DNA of 64,000 nucleotides from a virus. Taxonomy: Duplodnaviria > Caudoviricetes. The translations under genes and the position numbers were made by a program. This document shows, one piece after another, positions 6,995 to 14,696 of the stretch. Numbering within the stretch: position 1 is the stretch's first letter; each line of letters begins with the position of its first letter. Where the stretch lies: IMG/VR virus record IMGVR_UViG_2974592485_000001, positions 32,001-96,000 of that record. One strand, written 5' to 3'. Under the pieces are notes generated by a model, which made no database searches, was not told the origin of the DNA, and saw nothing but the letters and a program-made list of their open reading frames with translations.

Positions 6995-7076
6995 TGTGTA
7001 TCTCCTAAGTAATATTAATGAATAGCTATTATGCTGGAACAAAATAACTATTGGTTAATACCTCTTTGACGATATT

Positions 7077-7153
7077 TGGCAGGGAATGCAGGACTTGAAC
7101 CTGGCTCTATGGGAGTCAAAGGCCCATGTGCTAACCTGTTACACCAATTCCCA
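7077..7153 (-). tRNA. tRNA-Gln(TTG)
   Basis: Loop CTTTGAC, weak 1:72 pair, G73, CCA. Confidence 0.88.
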
Positions 7154-7159
7154 ATTGTT

Positions 7160-7235
7160 TGGTACACCCAACGGAACTCGAATCCGTATTCTTACCTTGA
7201 AAGGATAATGTCCTAACCTATTAGACGATGGGTGC
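7160..7235 (-). tRNA. tRNA-Glu(TTC)
   Basis: Arm TTATC-CTTTCAA-GGTAA, CCA. Confidence 0.9.
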
Positions 7236-7242
7236 ATTTGTT

Positions 7243-7324
7243 TGGTGGGGCGTCTTGGATTCGAACCAAGGTGTGGTATGCCGGATTTACAGTCCGGTGC
7301 CTTCAACCGCTCAGCCAACTCCCC
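7243..7324 (-). tRNA. tRNA-Tyr(GTA)
   Basis: Arm CCGGA-CTGTAAA-TCCGG, extended variable region, CCA. Confidence 0.9.
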
Positions 7325-7333
7325 CAAAATTCT

Positions 7334-7636
7334 TTATGTATTTGACACATCTGGCATCCCAACATACTTAGGGACTACCTGTAGTTGAAACACCCAAGAA
7401 GTTACGTCTTCAAAGGTATCATCATTGTACTGACTAATAGTAGCAACCATATTAGTTAGGTTAATCTCTAAGTCTAGCCGTTTACTATTATCCACAGGTA
7501 CTTCTGCATCTTGCAGCTCTGTTAGAACTTCTGGAGTTAACACTACACTGTAGAATACCATCCATTCGTTATCCCCGTCCCAACCATCCCATGAAGTTAC
7601 TAAGCAACTCTCAATACCGCTAGCAATTAATCTCAT
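7334..7636 (-). CDS. acidic hypothetical protein (100 aa)
   Basis: ORF track; AAGGT RBS. Confidence 0.7.
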   Translation of the reverse strand: MRLIASGIESCLVTSWDGWDGDNEWMVFYSVVLTPEVLTELQDAEVPVDNSKRLDLEINLTNMVATISQYNDDTFEDVTSWVFQLQVVPKYVGMPDVSNT

Positions 7637-7683
7637 ATCAGTATACCTTTAGTAGATGAAATTTTCAAGATAATAATTTAATT

Positions 7684-7773
7684 TGGCGGAAGGAGAGGGA
7701 CTTGAACCCACAAGGCTGTTTTGCAACCCACTGATTAGCAGTCAGCTCACTTACCAAATTAGTGTATCCTTCC
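7684..7773 (-). tRNA. tRNA-Ser(GCT)
   Basis: Arm GCTGA-CTGCTAA-TCAGT, long variable arm, G73, CCA. Confidence 0.92.
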
Positions 7774-7787
7774 AAATTTATAAATAT

Positions 7788-7816
7788 ATTATATAATAAA
7801 ACAAAGCGTTTAGCAA
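7788..7816 (-). promoter_or_regulatory. T5-type sigma70 promoter
   Basis: TTGCTA-17-TATAAT just upstream of tRNA-Ser. Confidence 0.85.
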
Positions 7817-7841
7817 ATGCATTTTTATATAATCTATCTAT

Positions 7842-7861
7842 TGCCCCACCGAAGTGGGGCA
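7842..7861 (-). terminator. GC-rich hairpin at operon end
   Basis: TGCCCCAC-TTCG-GTGGGGCA; weak U tail. Confidence 0.55.
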
Positions 7862-7871
7862 TACTAACAGC

Positions 7872-8459
7872 TTACTGTGCTCTTAGAGAGATTGGAGACT
7901 GAACTCCACTATTAAAAATCTCTTGAGTACGTGAATCAGAAATTACCTGACAGAGTGTGTCCAAGTTCTTCTTAGGGAACCCAGCAAACTTCAGCCAATA
8001 ACCTTTCCAGAAATAATCCAGATTGGTACGGTAATTACGACACTCTTGTAGTTTAAGGGTCTGAGCAATACGGAACTCATCTCGACCTGCCTCAATAACA
8101 GTCTGTAGATTTACAAACAGTTTTGAATCGAACTGTAAGTTATTTTCCTGAATCCACTGCATTACTGCTTTAGAACCACCAGAGCCGTAACGGCCTTCAA
8201 ACGTTGCCTTGATGACCTCTTTCAAGTCATTTTGGTACATCTCAGGAACTTGAATCATCTCCTGAATCTTAACTGTGTATGTAGACAGCTTATTTTCAGA
8301 ATCCTGATTTAGTAACACGATCTGGTTTTCAAACCGTGCACCCTCATTAGTAGCACTAACATAGCTAGCAAATAAAGTACCTCCAATTACCAAAGCAAGT
8401 GCAAAAAGACCTGCCAATACAATCCCAACTTTAGCTCCAACGGTAAGTTCTTTGCTCAT
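7872..8459 (-). CDS. N-terminally anchored helical protein, LemA-like
   Basis: Start MSKEL with GAGGA RBS; single TM then helical domain ending ...YRTNLDYFWKGYWLKFAGFP, reminiscent of LemA. Confidence 0.6.
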   Translation of the reverse strand: MSKELTVGAKVGIVLAGLFALALVIGGTLFASYVSATNEGARFENQIVLLNQDSENKLSTYTVKIQEMIQVPEMYQNDLKEVIKATFEGRYGSGGSKAVMQWIQENNLQFDSKLFVNLQTVIEAGRDEFRIAQTLKLQECRNYRTNLDYFWKGYWLKFAGFPKKNLDTLCQVISDSRTQEIFNSGVQSPISLRAQ

Positions 8460-9522
8460 TAAACAAATCCTCTTTGTGTACATAGTATGCTGCGCCAATA
8501 GATGCTAGCAAGTTAACAATCATTAGGGTGATTAACACTGACATAGGTATTTCAATACTTTCCACCATGTACTTAAATGTTTCGTTAGGTAGACGATGAA
8601 ATTCCTTTGCTATCAGATCAGTCTGACGTTGCACTAACTCTAGTGAGAGAGCACTATCAATAGTCTCAATCCTCAGTCTAGCAAGTAATTCTCTGTTATC
8701 TTGACCATCAGCAAATGAGGTAGCTTTAAACCACTTAACTTTGCTAGAGTCTTTTTCTAGACCATAAACTAGAACCACATCATTTTTCTTACCACCTTCC
8801 CAAGCATGATAAAGAGCTTGGTAGAAGTCTTCTTCAAACTCAGTAACTACAACAGTTATGTTAACCTGCTTATCGGCTCCCAAAGTTTTAAGACGTTCGT
8901 TCAAATAGTGGTTAATGTAGTCATAGTTCTTACCATTAGTAGTTACCACTCGGTTAATCTTGTAGTAATCGTAAATACGAGGATATTTAGGAACTCTACC
9001 CTTGTACTTTTCTACTATAGTTTCATCAGTATGAAAACGAGATTCATCAATTAGCAGGAAGTTTCTAGTAAACTTTTCATCTGCTGCAAAGTCTCCAATA
9101 CTTACTTGAGTAAAACGAGGAGGTTCTTTAAGACCCCTACGGTCTACACGGTCTATGTCAAAGTAGCCTACGGTAGTTTTAACTGTCCAGTCTATATCGT
9201 AAGAATGCTCATCACAGTATATTGGAACACAGGTCTGGTTACCTTTAGAGTCCGTACTACAAGTTTGCCCACACTGGTACTGATGCTCGCATGAGACTTT
9301 CTCACTGTACTTATCTAATACATACCCATTCCAAATTTCTGTATCGCCTGTTTTGGCGTGCATAGCTAACGCTAGAAACCCACAGAGGAGTGCGGTAACT
9401 CCTAAATTAGCTAGAAACTGAACACCCCATTCTTTCAATGTAATTGTGTGGTGAAATACCCACTTAGCTAAAACTGTTACACACAGTGCAGGCAACATAA
9501 GTAGTAAAAGATAATACCCCAT
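8431..9522 (-). CDS. multi-TM membrane protein with Cys-rich and TPM-like exported region
   Basis: Two N-terminal TMs, Cys-rich segment, ...WEGGKKNDVVLVYG..., C-terminal TM. Confidence 0.65.
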   Translation of the reverse strand: MGYYLLLLMLPALCVTVLAKWVFHHTITLKEWGVQFLANLGVTALLCGFLALAMHAKTGDTEIWNGYVLDKYSEKVSCEHQYQCGQTCSTDSKGNQTCVPIYCDEHSYDIDWTVKTTVGYFDIDRVDRRGLKEPPRFTQVSIGDFAADEKFTRNFLLIDESRFHTDETIVEKYKGRVPKYPRIYDYYKINRVVTTNGKNYDYINHYLNERLKTLGADKQVNITVVVTEFEEDFYQALYHAWEGGKKNDVVLVYGLEKDSSKVKWFKATSFADGQDNRELLARLRIETIDSALSLELVQRQTDLIAKEFHRLPNETFKYMVESIEIPMSVLITLMIVNLLASIGAAYYVHKEDLFNEQRTYRWS

Positions 9523-9875
9523 TAGTCCTCCACAAGTATGTCAGAGGATTTGTGAATTAACTCTGCTTTTGTAGACTCAAATGCTGCTGCTAGTAGCAAG
9601 TATTGAGTTGATAACTGACTTCGTACCTCAGATATATCAACTTGCAACCCTTCTGTAAAACCTTCTCTGACTTTATCGTAAGCAGCCCTCATTACATTAA
9701 GATAATTTCTATCTGTTTCAGGGATATCTGTAGAGTACTGTATTCCGTTTACTTCAACATATACCTTAAAAGGTATTTGAGTACACCCTGAAATGGCTGC
9801 TCTAACTCTCTTTAAATTCCCTAGCCTAGACTGTAGTCTAGAGATTTCACGTTGTAATTCTTCTACAGTAGCCAT
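9522..9875 (-). CDS. hypothetical protein (117 aa)
   Basis: ORF track; AGGAG RBS. Confidence 0.75.
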   Translation of the reverse strand: MATVEELQREISRLQSRLGNLKRVRAAISGCTQIPFKVYVEVNGIQYSTDIPETDRNYLNVMRAAYDKVREGFTEGLQVDISEVRSQLSTQYLLLAAAFESTKAELIHKSSDILVED

Positions 9876-9897
9876 AGTAGCTCCTAGTTAGTAAAAT

Positions 9898-9972
9898 TGG
9901 TACGCCCTATAGGAATCGAACCTATATCTACGGCTTAGAAGGCCGCTGCTCTATCCATTGAGCTAAGGGCGC
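9898..9972 (-). tRNA. tRNA-Arg(TCT)
   Basis: Arm GCGGC-CTTCTAA-GCCGT, CCA. Confidence 0.93.
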
Positions 9973-9974
9973 GT

Positions 9975-10960
9975 TGTATTTTTAAGAACTCTCGTAAAAG
10001 CTCTTAAAGATACTGACTAGAAATAGTATCCTGACGATACAGGTTTACTCCTAGTCAATAGTCTCAGTTTTTAAAGTCATGCGTAGACTTGTTCACGGTT
10101 AGTGGAGCTAATCTCCAACAGGTATTACATCCTAGACCTTATAGGGTCATGACTCCACATTTTCGTCTAGGCACCATCGCAACATATTTTGCGTGCACCA
10201 TCGTATGTTTATTGATGTCCTTTACCCATCTTCTCAATGAGTTATCCCGTGCGTTTGGTTGAGGGCTGAGAGGCCACCTCAGATTCACTCAACTATCCAA
10301 GCTCTGTACTAAACGTTACAAACTCGAACCAGAGCGTAGAGTTTATGAGCAGTTTTACAGTCTGACAACTGTACGGTTTAGCTATTTCGATCTAACCTTG
10401 ATAAGACACATCGTGGCCGATTTGCCCTCATAGTATGTACTCTAGCAGCGATCGCGTAGCTATACGCATCAAACACCTAACTCTTTCCCACTGTAGGACT
10501 CGAACCTACGCCTGTACCCCTAGGGTACTATCATTTCCAACTAGACCAAGAGGGCAGTGTTGTTACGTGATCAATTTCGACACCCCGTAATTTGTGGCTG
10601 GTACACCCCTAATAAGACATCCTATTGGCATCCTACTCCAGACATACACTTCCCACATTTAGTAAAGAAGAGTTTACGAGATTCTCAGTCAGCACTGAGG
10701 TTTTCTAGAGGAGAGCGAGCCACAATTCCGAACTTGTCATTCCTCAAACTCACAGATTCTCTCTAGGTATACTCACGATCCAGTTTCACCCGCTAAGACT
10801 ACTACATCCACGTGTACCTCAGCATAGTCTGCCTGCTGTTCTTTACTACATAAATTAAAGCATTTTAGGTGTGCGGTGTGGCACTTTAACCTCTTAAGAG
10901 TACCCGAAGTGAACTTTTAGGATCTGACTCCCTCTGTAAACCTTCTTTTCTTTAATTTAT
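9975..10960 (-). ncRNA. ~1-kb ORF-free structured RNA region with an embedded tRNA-like domain
   Basis: Lies directly below the promoter at 10967-10995; dense stems and pseudoknots; D/T-arm module at ~10486-10554 without CCA. Confidence 0.65.
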
Positions 10961-10966
10961 GAATCT

Positions 10967-10995
10967 ATTATACAGATTATTTAGCTAAAAAGCAA
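10967..10995 (-). promoter_or_regulatory. T5-type sigma70 promoter
   Basis: TTGCTT-17-TATAAT. Confidence 0.85.
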
Positions 10996-11003
10996 ATGAA
11001 TTT

Positions 11004-11276
11004 TTAATTAAATTCGTCCAACAACTTAACTATTATATCCCCATGACACAGGTTAGGCTTACAAAAACAACCTAAACGCTTCCCCTCTAAGGCTAGAAGT
11101 CTATCTTTAAACGTAGAATCTGTAGATAGCCTATTTCTTAAATGCATCTCATATAATTTAATGCATTTTATTAGGCCATAATCCCTAGCCTCAAAAGGGT
11201 TTCCAAACTCAGAAGGGCGACCTATGTACACATCATATTCTTCGCCCTTCTTTATATTTACTACTTTAGTAGTCAT
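11004..11276 (-). CDS. DUF4326-family protein
   Basis: YIGRPSxFGNPF ... LGCFCKPxxCHGD motifs. Confidence 0.85.
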   Translation of the reverse strand: MTTKVVNIKKGEEYDVYIGRPSEFGNPFEARDYGLIKCIKLYEMHLRNRLSTDSTFKDRLLALEGKRLGCFCKPNLCHGDIIVKLLDEFN

Positions 11277-11722
11277 TTTCCTGCTTCTTTCAAAACTCTG
11301 TCAGCAATCTGTGATGCCATCTTACCATCATACTGACCAGCAAACTCTGCCTTAAGTAGTCGCATTAAAATGGCTTTAGTAATCACAGTATCTGTGTTTA
11401 GGTCAATAACTTGATTGAAGTACTGGACTAATTGGGCTTCCGATAGCAGTACAGGTGCATAACGTTCCCATAGCTCATCTAGAAGCTCTACAAACAGCTG
11501 ATCAGGTTGATAATCAATCCCCAGCTCATTGGCTTTTGCTTCCGTAGTCTCAATAGCTTTATTTTGAGACTTGATATATTTTAAGAGTTCATCACGACTA
11601 ATGTAATCTTTGTTTATACGTTGTAAGTCCCCTAACACTGTAGATACCGCTACAGTTGGATAACCGTTTTTACGAAAGGTTTCTAGGATTTCTCGTAGAA
11701 CCGTAAGCATATTTTCGCCCAT
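11273..11722 (-). CDS. GatB/YqeY-domain protein
   Basis: Helical protein with ...YAPVLLSEAQL... and ...GQYDGKMASQI as in YqeY; T5-like synteny. Confidence 0.75.
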   Translation of the reverse strand: MGENMLTVLREILETFRKNGYPTVAVSTVLGDLQRINKDYISRDELLKYIKSQNKAIETTEAKANELGIDYQPDQLFVELLDELWERYAPVLLSEAQLVQYFNQVIDLNTDTVITKAILMRLLKAEFAGQYDGKMASQIADRVLKEAGK

Positions 11723-11730
11723 GATACTTC

Positions 11731-12183
11731 CTATGTTTTTGGTTTATAAAACTTATGCCCATCTATTTTCTTTGTTTTATCTAAGCTCTTAGCCCAATAA
11801 GGGTCTTTTCCACTATGGAAATATAGTGCCCCATGTGTCAAGTCCTCTGTCCAACCTTGGTAATATGTGATTTCAGCTAGTTTCTTAGCCTTATCCCACG
11901 CTTTCTTATTTTTTATCTTTAAACTTTTGTGCTTAGTCCATGTGAATTGACTTGGCTCGTATACTACGGAACAATATGTTGTAGGAAATTTGTTACTATA
12001 AACCCTGTTCCTAATAACTTGTCCCACAGCAGCCTGACCTTCTAAGGAAGTACCTCTAGCTTCAAAGTATATAGCTTGTGCTATACAAGAGATTTCCTTA
12101 GTGTCTTTAGCACTTTTAGTAACCGTACCTACAGTATCATGAGGAATAGTTAGTAAAAGTGTTAACAGCAGCTCTGTTATCAT
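11731..12183 (-). CDS. SleB-like cell wall hydrolase
   Basis: CIAQAIYFEARG, AVGQVIRNRV, QFTW, GALYFH, IDGHKFY. Confidence 0.92.
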   Translation of the reverse strand: MITELLLTLLLTIPHDTVGTVTKSAKDTKEISCIAQAIYFEARGTSLEGQAAVGQVIRNRVYSNKFPTTYCSVVYEPSQFTWTKHKSLKIKNKKAWDKAKKLAEITYYQGWTEDLTHGALYFHSGKDPYWAKSLDKTKKIDGHKFYKPKT

Positions 12184-12191
12184 ATTACCTC

Positions 12192-12553
12192 CAGTTCTAG
12201 GGTAGCTCTATCCTGTAAACAGCCTAGCGGTGTTAAGAGTCATATCTTATGAACTGCTAACCGTTAGTCTAGGATTTCATTAGCTCTGTACTCTGTATTT
12301 TCAAGTTTGATCTTTCAAGTTTAAACTTTTATCGCTAACCTTTAAGCTTGTAAGCTTTAACCTTTGAAGATATGTTAGGCGCGCAGCCTATCAACATTTT
12401 AGAATACGGATTAAATGTCCGGTCTATAACGTCAATCTCCTAGTGAGATTTACCTTTAGGTTTGGTTAGCCACTAAGTTTAACCCCCCGACGTGGCTAAT
12501 AAGGGGTAAGATGTTATCAACTTCGTAAACAGAATAAAGCTACCTTAGAACTG
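12192..12553 (-). ncRNA. candidate ~360-nt structured RNA with an internal heptamer-repeat tract
   Basis: 25-bp terminal stem (two G-U pairs on the minus strand), pseudoknots, 13 in-phase ~7-nt units at 12277-12368. Confidence 0.75.
12277..12368 (-). repeat. degenerate 7-nt periodic tandem repeat (consensus ~ NTYAAAG)
   Basis: TTCAAAG GTTAAAG CTTACAAG CTTAAAG GTTAGCG ATAAAAG TTTAAAC TTGAAAG ATCAAAC TTGAAAA TACAGAG TACAGAG CTAATGA. Confidence 0.85.
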
Positions 12554-12578
12554 CCCTATTTCTAGGGCAGGATTACTA

Positions 12579-13211
12579 TCAAACTTCGATAGTAGTCTTA
12601 GCGTTAGACTCTGACAAGGCAAAGTCAACGTTAAGCTCAAAATCTTCAATAGACTCTTGAAGGGCTTTGATTCGAGCGTCAAGACCAATTGGGTCTAGGA
12701 CGTTAGGAGTGCTACGAACCTCGATAGGCTGAGTAATCATAGCAATATCCTCTGCGGATACCTTCTTATCCTTGCCAAAAGCTGCTGCTCTAGCGTCTTC
12801 TAGCTTCTTGTTAAAGCCTTCCAGACGAGTAGCATGCTCCCGATCCATTTGGATTTTCTGCTTAGTCATAGAGATAAGCAACTGCTTTTCATACCCAATG
12901 CTACGCTTAGCCTCAATTGCAGCAGCTACAGTCATAACCTTCTGACCTATAGTTACCTCTGTTACTGCGTTAGAGGCTACGATAGCTGCTTTGATCTTAG
13001 CTCGCTCAGAAATCATATCAGTAACACTTTGAAGTGCTCCAGTGATCTGGGAGGTCACGTCTTCTACGGTGTTAGAGTAGCCCGCAACCTTAGTAAAGTT
13101 ACCTGTACCATCTGTTTGTGCGTAAAACTTCAAACGAGGAAGCTCACGCTCAATTTTAGCATCCAGTGCCTTTGCAGTTGCCAGTGCTTTAGTAATTGTC
13201 ATAGTAGTCAT
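12579..13211 (-). CDS. coiled-coil protein (210 aa), loosely DIP1984/septicolysin-like
   Basis: Start moved to MTTMTITKAL (AGGAG RBS); long helices; C-terminus ...DFALSESNAKTTIEV. Family label is from memory and weak. Confidence 0.8.
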   Translation of the reverse strand: MTTMTITKALATAKALDAKIERELPRLKFYAQTDGTGNFTKVAGYSNTVEDVTSQITGALQSVTDMISERAKIKAAIVASNAVTEVTIGQKVMTVAAAIEAKRSIGYEKQLLISMTKQKIQMDREHATRLEGFNKKLEDARAAAFGKDKKVSAEDIAMITQPIEVRSTPNVLDPIGLDARIKALQESIEDFELNVDFALSESNAKTTIEV

Positions 13212-13251
13212 GTGTATTCTCCTAATTAATCTTTGAGGTTTAGTTTTTTTG

Positions 13252-13401
13252 TTATTCTTGGTTAATAACCTTAACCAGTCCACCTGTAGCTCGGTTCAGC
13301 AGGGCTAGTACTTTGATATGCCCTGAGGTAATTTCTTTCTGTTTACGTTCATCACGAGCTGAAGACTGTTTGATTTTGCGTGGCTTTTTGGATACTGGCA
13401 T
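13252..13401 (-). CDS. small basic protein (49 aa, MPVSKKPRKIK...)
   Basis: Hand-translated ORF with AAGGA RBS between the promoter and the coiled-coil gene. Confidence 0.6.
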   Translation of the reverse strand: MPVSKKPRKIKQSSARDERKQKEITSGHIKVLALLNRATGGLVKVINQE

Positions 13402-13432
13402 TTTTATTTTCCTTTGTTCAAATTAGATAAAT

Positions 13433-13461
13433 ATTATACGACATTTTTAAGCATCAGGCAA
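13433..13461 (-). promoter_or_regulatory. T5-type sigma70 promoter
   Basis: TTGCCT-17-TATAAT. Confidence 0.8.
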
Positions 13462-13469
13462 ATATAATT

Positions 13470-14159
13470 TTATACAAGCTGACTAATTAATCGGATTTCA
13501 AATCCTTCTACCAAGGCATCATATACGGGATCATGTTTGGTTGCAGTTCTAGCCTTTCCTAGCCCAAACATTTTGAAGTACTCGATTGTTAAATCTACCG
13601 CTACCTTCTGAATATCTGTTTTATACGAGTCTGCCCCGTATCTACTAGTATAAAGAGCACGAAGACTCCGGAGGTTTCCTTGCTGCCAAAAATCACATAA
13701 AGGTTTTTCAAACCCTAAGTCATGGTAGTGTGCTTCTAGAATCTTATGGTCGAACTCATTACCATTACCGTAGCTCATGTCATACTTACCCGTATTGGCA
13801 GAATACCATTGCTGGATATCCCTTAATACTTGAGTGTTGTTAGCTACTTTAACAGTAGGTATACTGTCTGATTCTTTGCCATATACTGTAACCTCTGGAG
13901 TAATATCTCCAGAAAGGATGCTAATAATCTCATCAGATGGCAACGTATTTTTATACGCTTCTTTCATCCAAAAGGCTATAGTTGAAGCTGTTGCTACGGC
14001 TCCTCGGTTAAATTGCTCCTCTACATTGAGAGTAGCCATGATTACCTTAGGATAATCATTATCGGGGAATACAGCAACTGCTACACTAGGCATAGCAATA
14101 AGGTTAGTTGTACCAGAGTTTGTACCTAAAGTCTCAATATCAATTACTGAAAATGTCAT
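13470..14159 (-). CDS. DEDDh 3'-5' exo(ribo)nuclease
   Basis: VIDIETLG, GNGNEFD, KHDPVYDA (ExoI/II/III motifs). Confidence 0.85.
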   Translation of the reverse strand: MTFSVIDIETLGTNSGTTNLIAMPSVAVAVFPDNDYPKVIMATLNVEEQFNRGAVATASTIAFWMKEAYKNTLPSDEIISILSGDITPEVTVYGKESDSIPTVKVANNTQVLRDIQQWYSANTGKYDMSYGNGNEFDHKILEAHYHDLGFEKPLCDFWQQGNLRSLRALYTSRYGADSYKTDIQKVAVDLTIEYFKMFGLGKARTATKHDPVYDALVEGFEIRLISQLV

Positions 14160-14184
14160 TAGTTTTTCCTCTTGTTAAAAACGC

Positions 14185-14403
14185 TTAACAATCTCTAGTA
14201 TTGTTAAGCCCTTTCTTGGGCTTTGGAGGGGTAATCCAGTCCTGGTCTACTCCCCAGTTTTCCTCATTACTAGGACTAATGAAACCATCAAACTCATCCG
14301 CCATTTCTAGCAACTGTTTAGTTGTAAGGCGCGTATAGTCCTTACCGGACTTGTGCGCGCCTCCTACGTTAAAGTCATGTTTTGCTACTAGATTATTAGA
14401 CAC
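14185..14403 (-). CDS. hypothetical protein (72 aa)
   Basis: ORF track; NxVAKHDFN...GAH motif seen in phage proteins. Confidence 0.7.
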   Translation of the reverse strand: MSNNLVAKHDFNVGGAHKSGKDYTRLTTKQLLEMADEFDGFISPSNEENWGVDQDWITPPKPKKGLNNTRDC

Positions 14404-14695
14404 CTAAATACTCCTTACAGTATCGATCTAAGGCTTCTTTAGCTTCGTTTTCTGACAAGAAGAAACCTTGAGAGAATTGACCGCATTCATCAGAATATTC
14501 AAACCATTCAGCTTGCATGAGGTATAAAGACTCTGTATCAGGGCTACTAGCAACTGTCAATCTAAAAATATTTGGAGTACTGGTAGCGTGTGAAGTAATA
14601 GCACCCTCATAAAATAGTCTGTCTACTATTACTCCCAAAATATAACTTGGTGCTGGCATAACAAATTCCTTAGTAGGGGCTTTCGCCCCTGTCAA
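14396..14695 (-). CDS. hypothetical protein
   Basis: ORF track; true start may be the internal ATG. Confidence 0.65.
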   Translation of the reverse strand: MTGAKAPTKEFVMPAPSYILGVIVDRLFYEGAITSHATSTPNIFRLTVASSPDTESLYLMQAEWFEYSDECGQFSQGFFLSENEAKEALDRYCKEYLGV

Positions 14696-14696
14696 A

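Noticed and set aside
10064-10091. preQ1-I riboswitch (hairpin AAGUC/GACUU followed by UAAAAACU)
   Set aside because: The loop lacks the preQ1 consensus and no ORF lies downstream; kept only as part of the larger ncRNA region.
1048-10766. Plus-strand ORFs 1048, 1589, 3674, 3805, 3991, 5789, 6521, 8806, 9106, 10557 and minus-strand ORFs 7139, 7665
   Set aside because: They are antisense to, or coincide with, tRNAs or better-supported genes, lack an RBS and mostly run against the regional transcription direction.
9975-10960. tmRNA
   Set aside because: No Ala-type acceptor with G3:U70 and CCA, and no evident tag reading frame.
12277-12368. CRISPR or mini-CRISPR array
   Set aside because: Units are 7 nt, degenerate and contiguous, with no spacers and no cas genes.
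13212-13283. N-terminal extension MDWLRLL... of the coiled-coil ORF
   Set aside because: It overlaps the upstream 49-aa ORF, and the strong RBS lies before the ATG at 13211.
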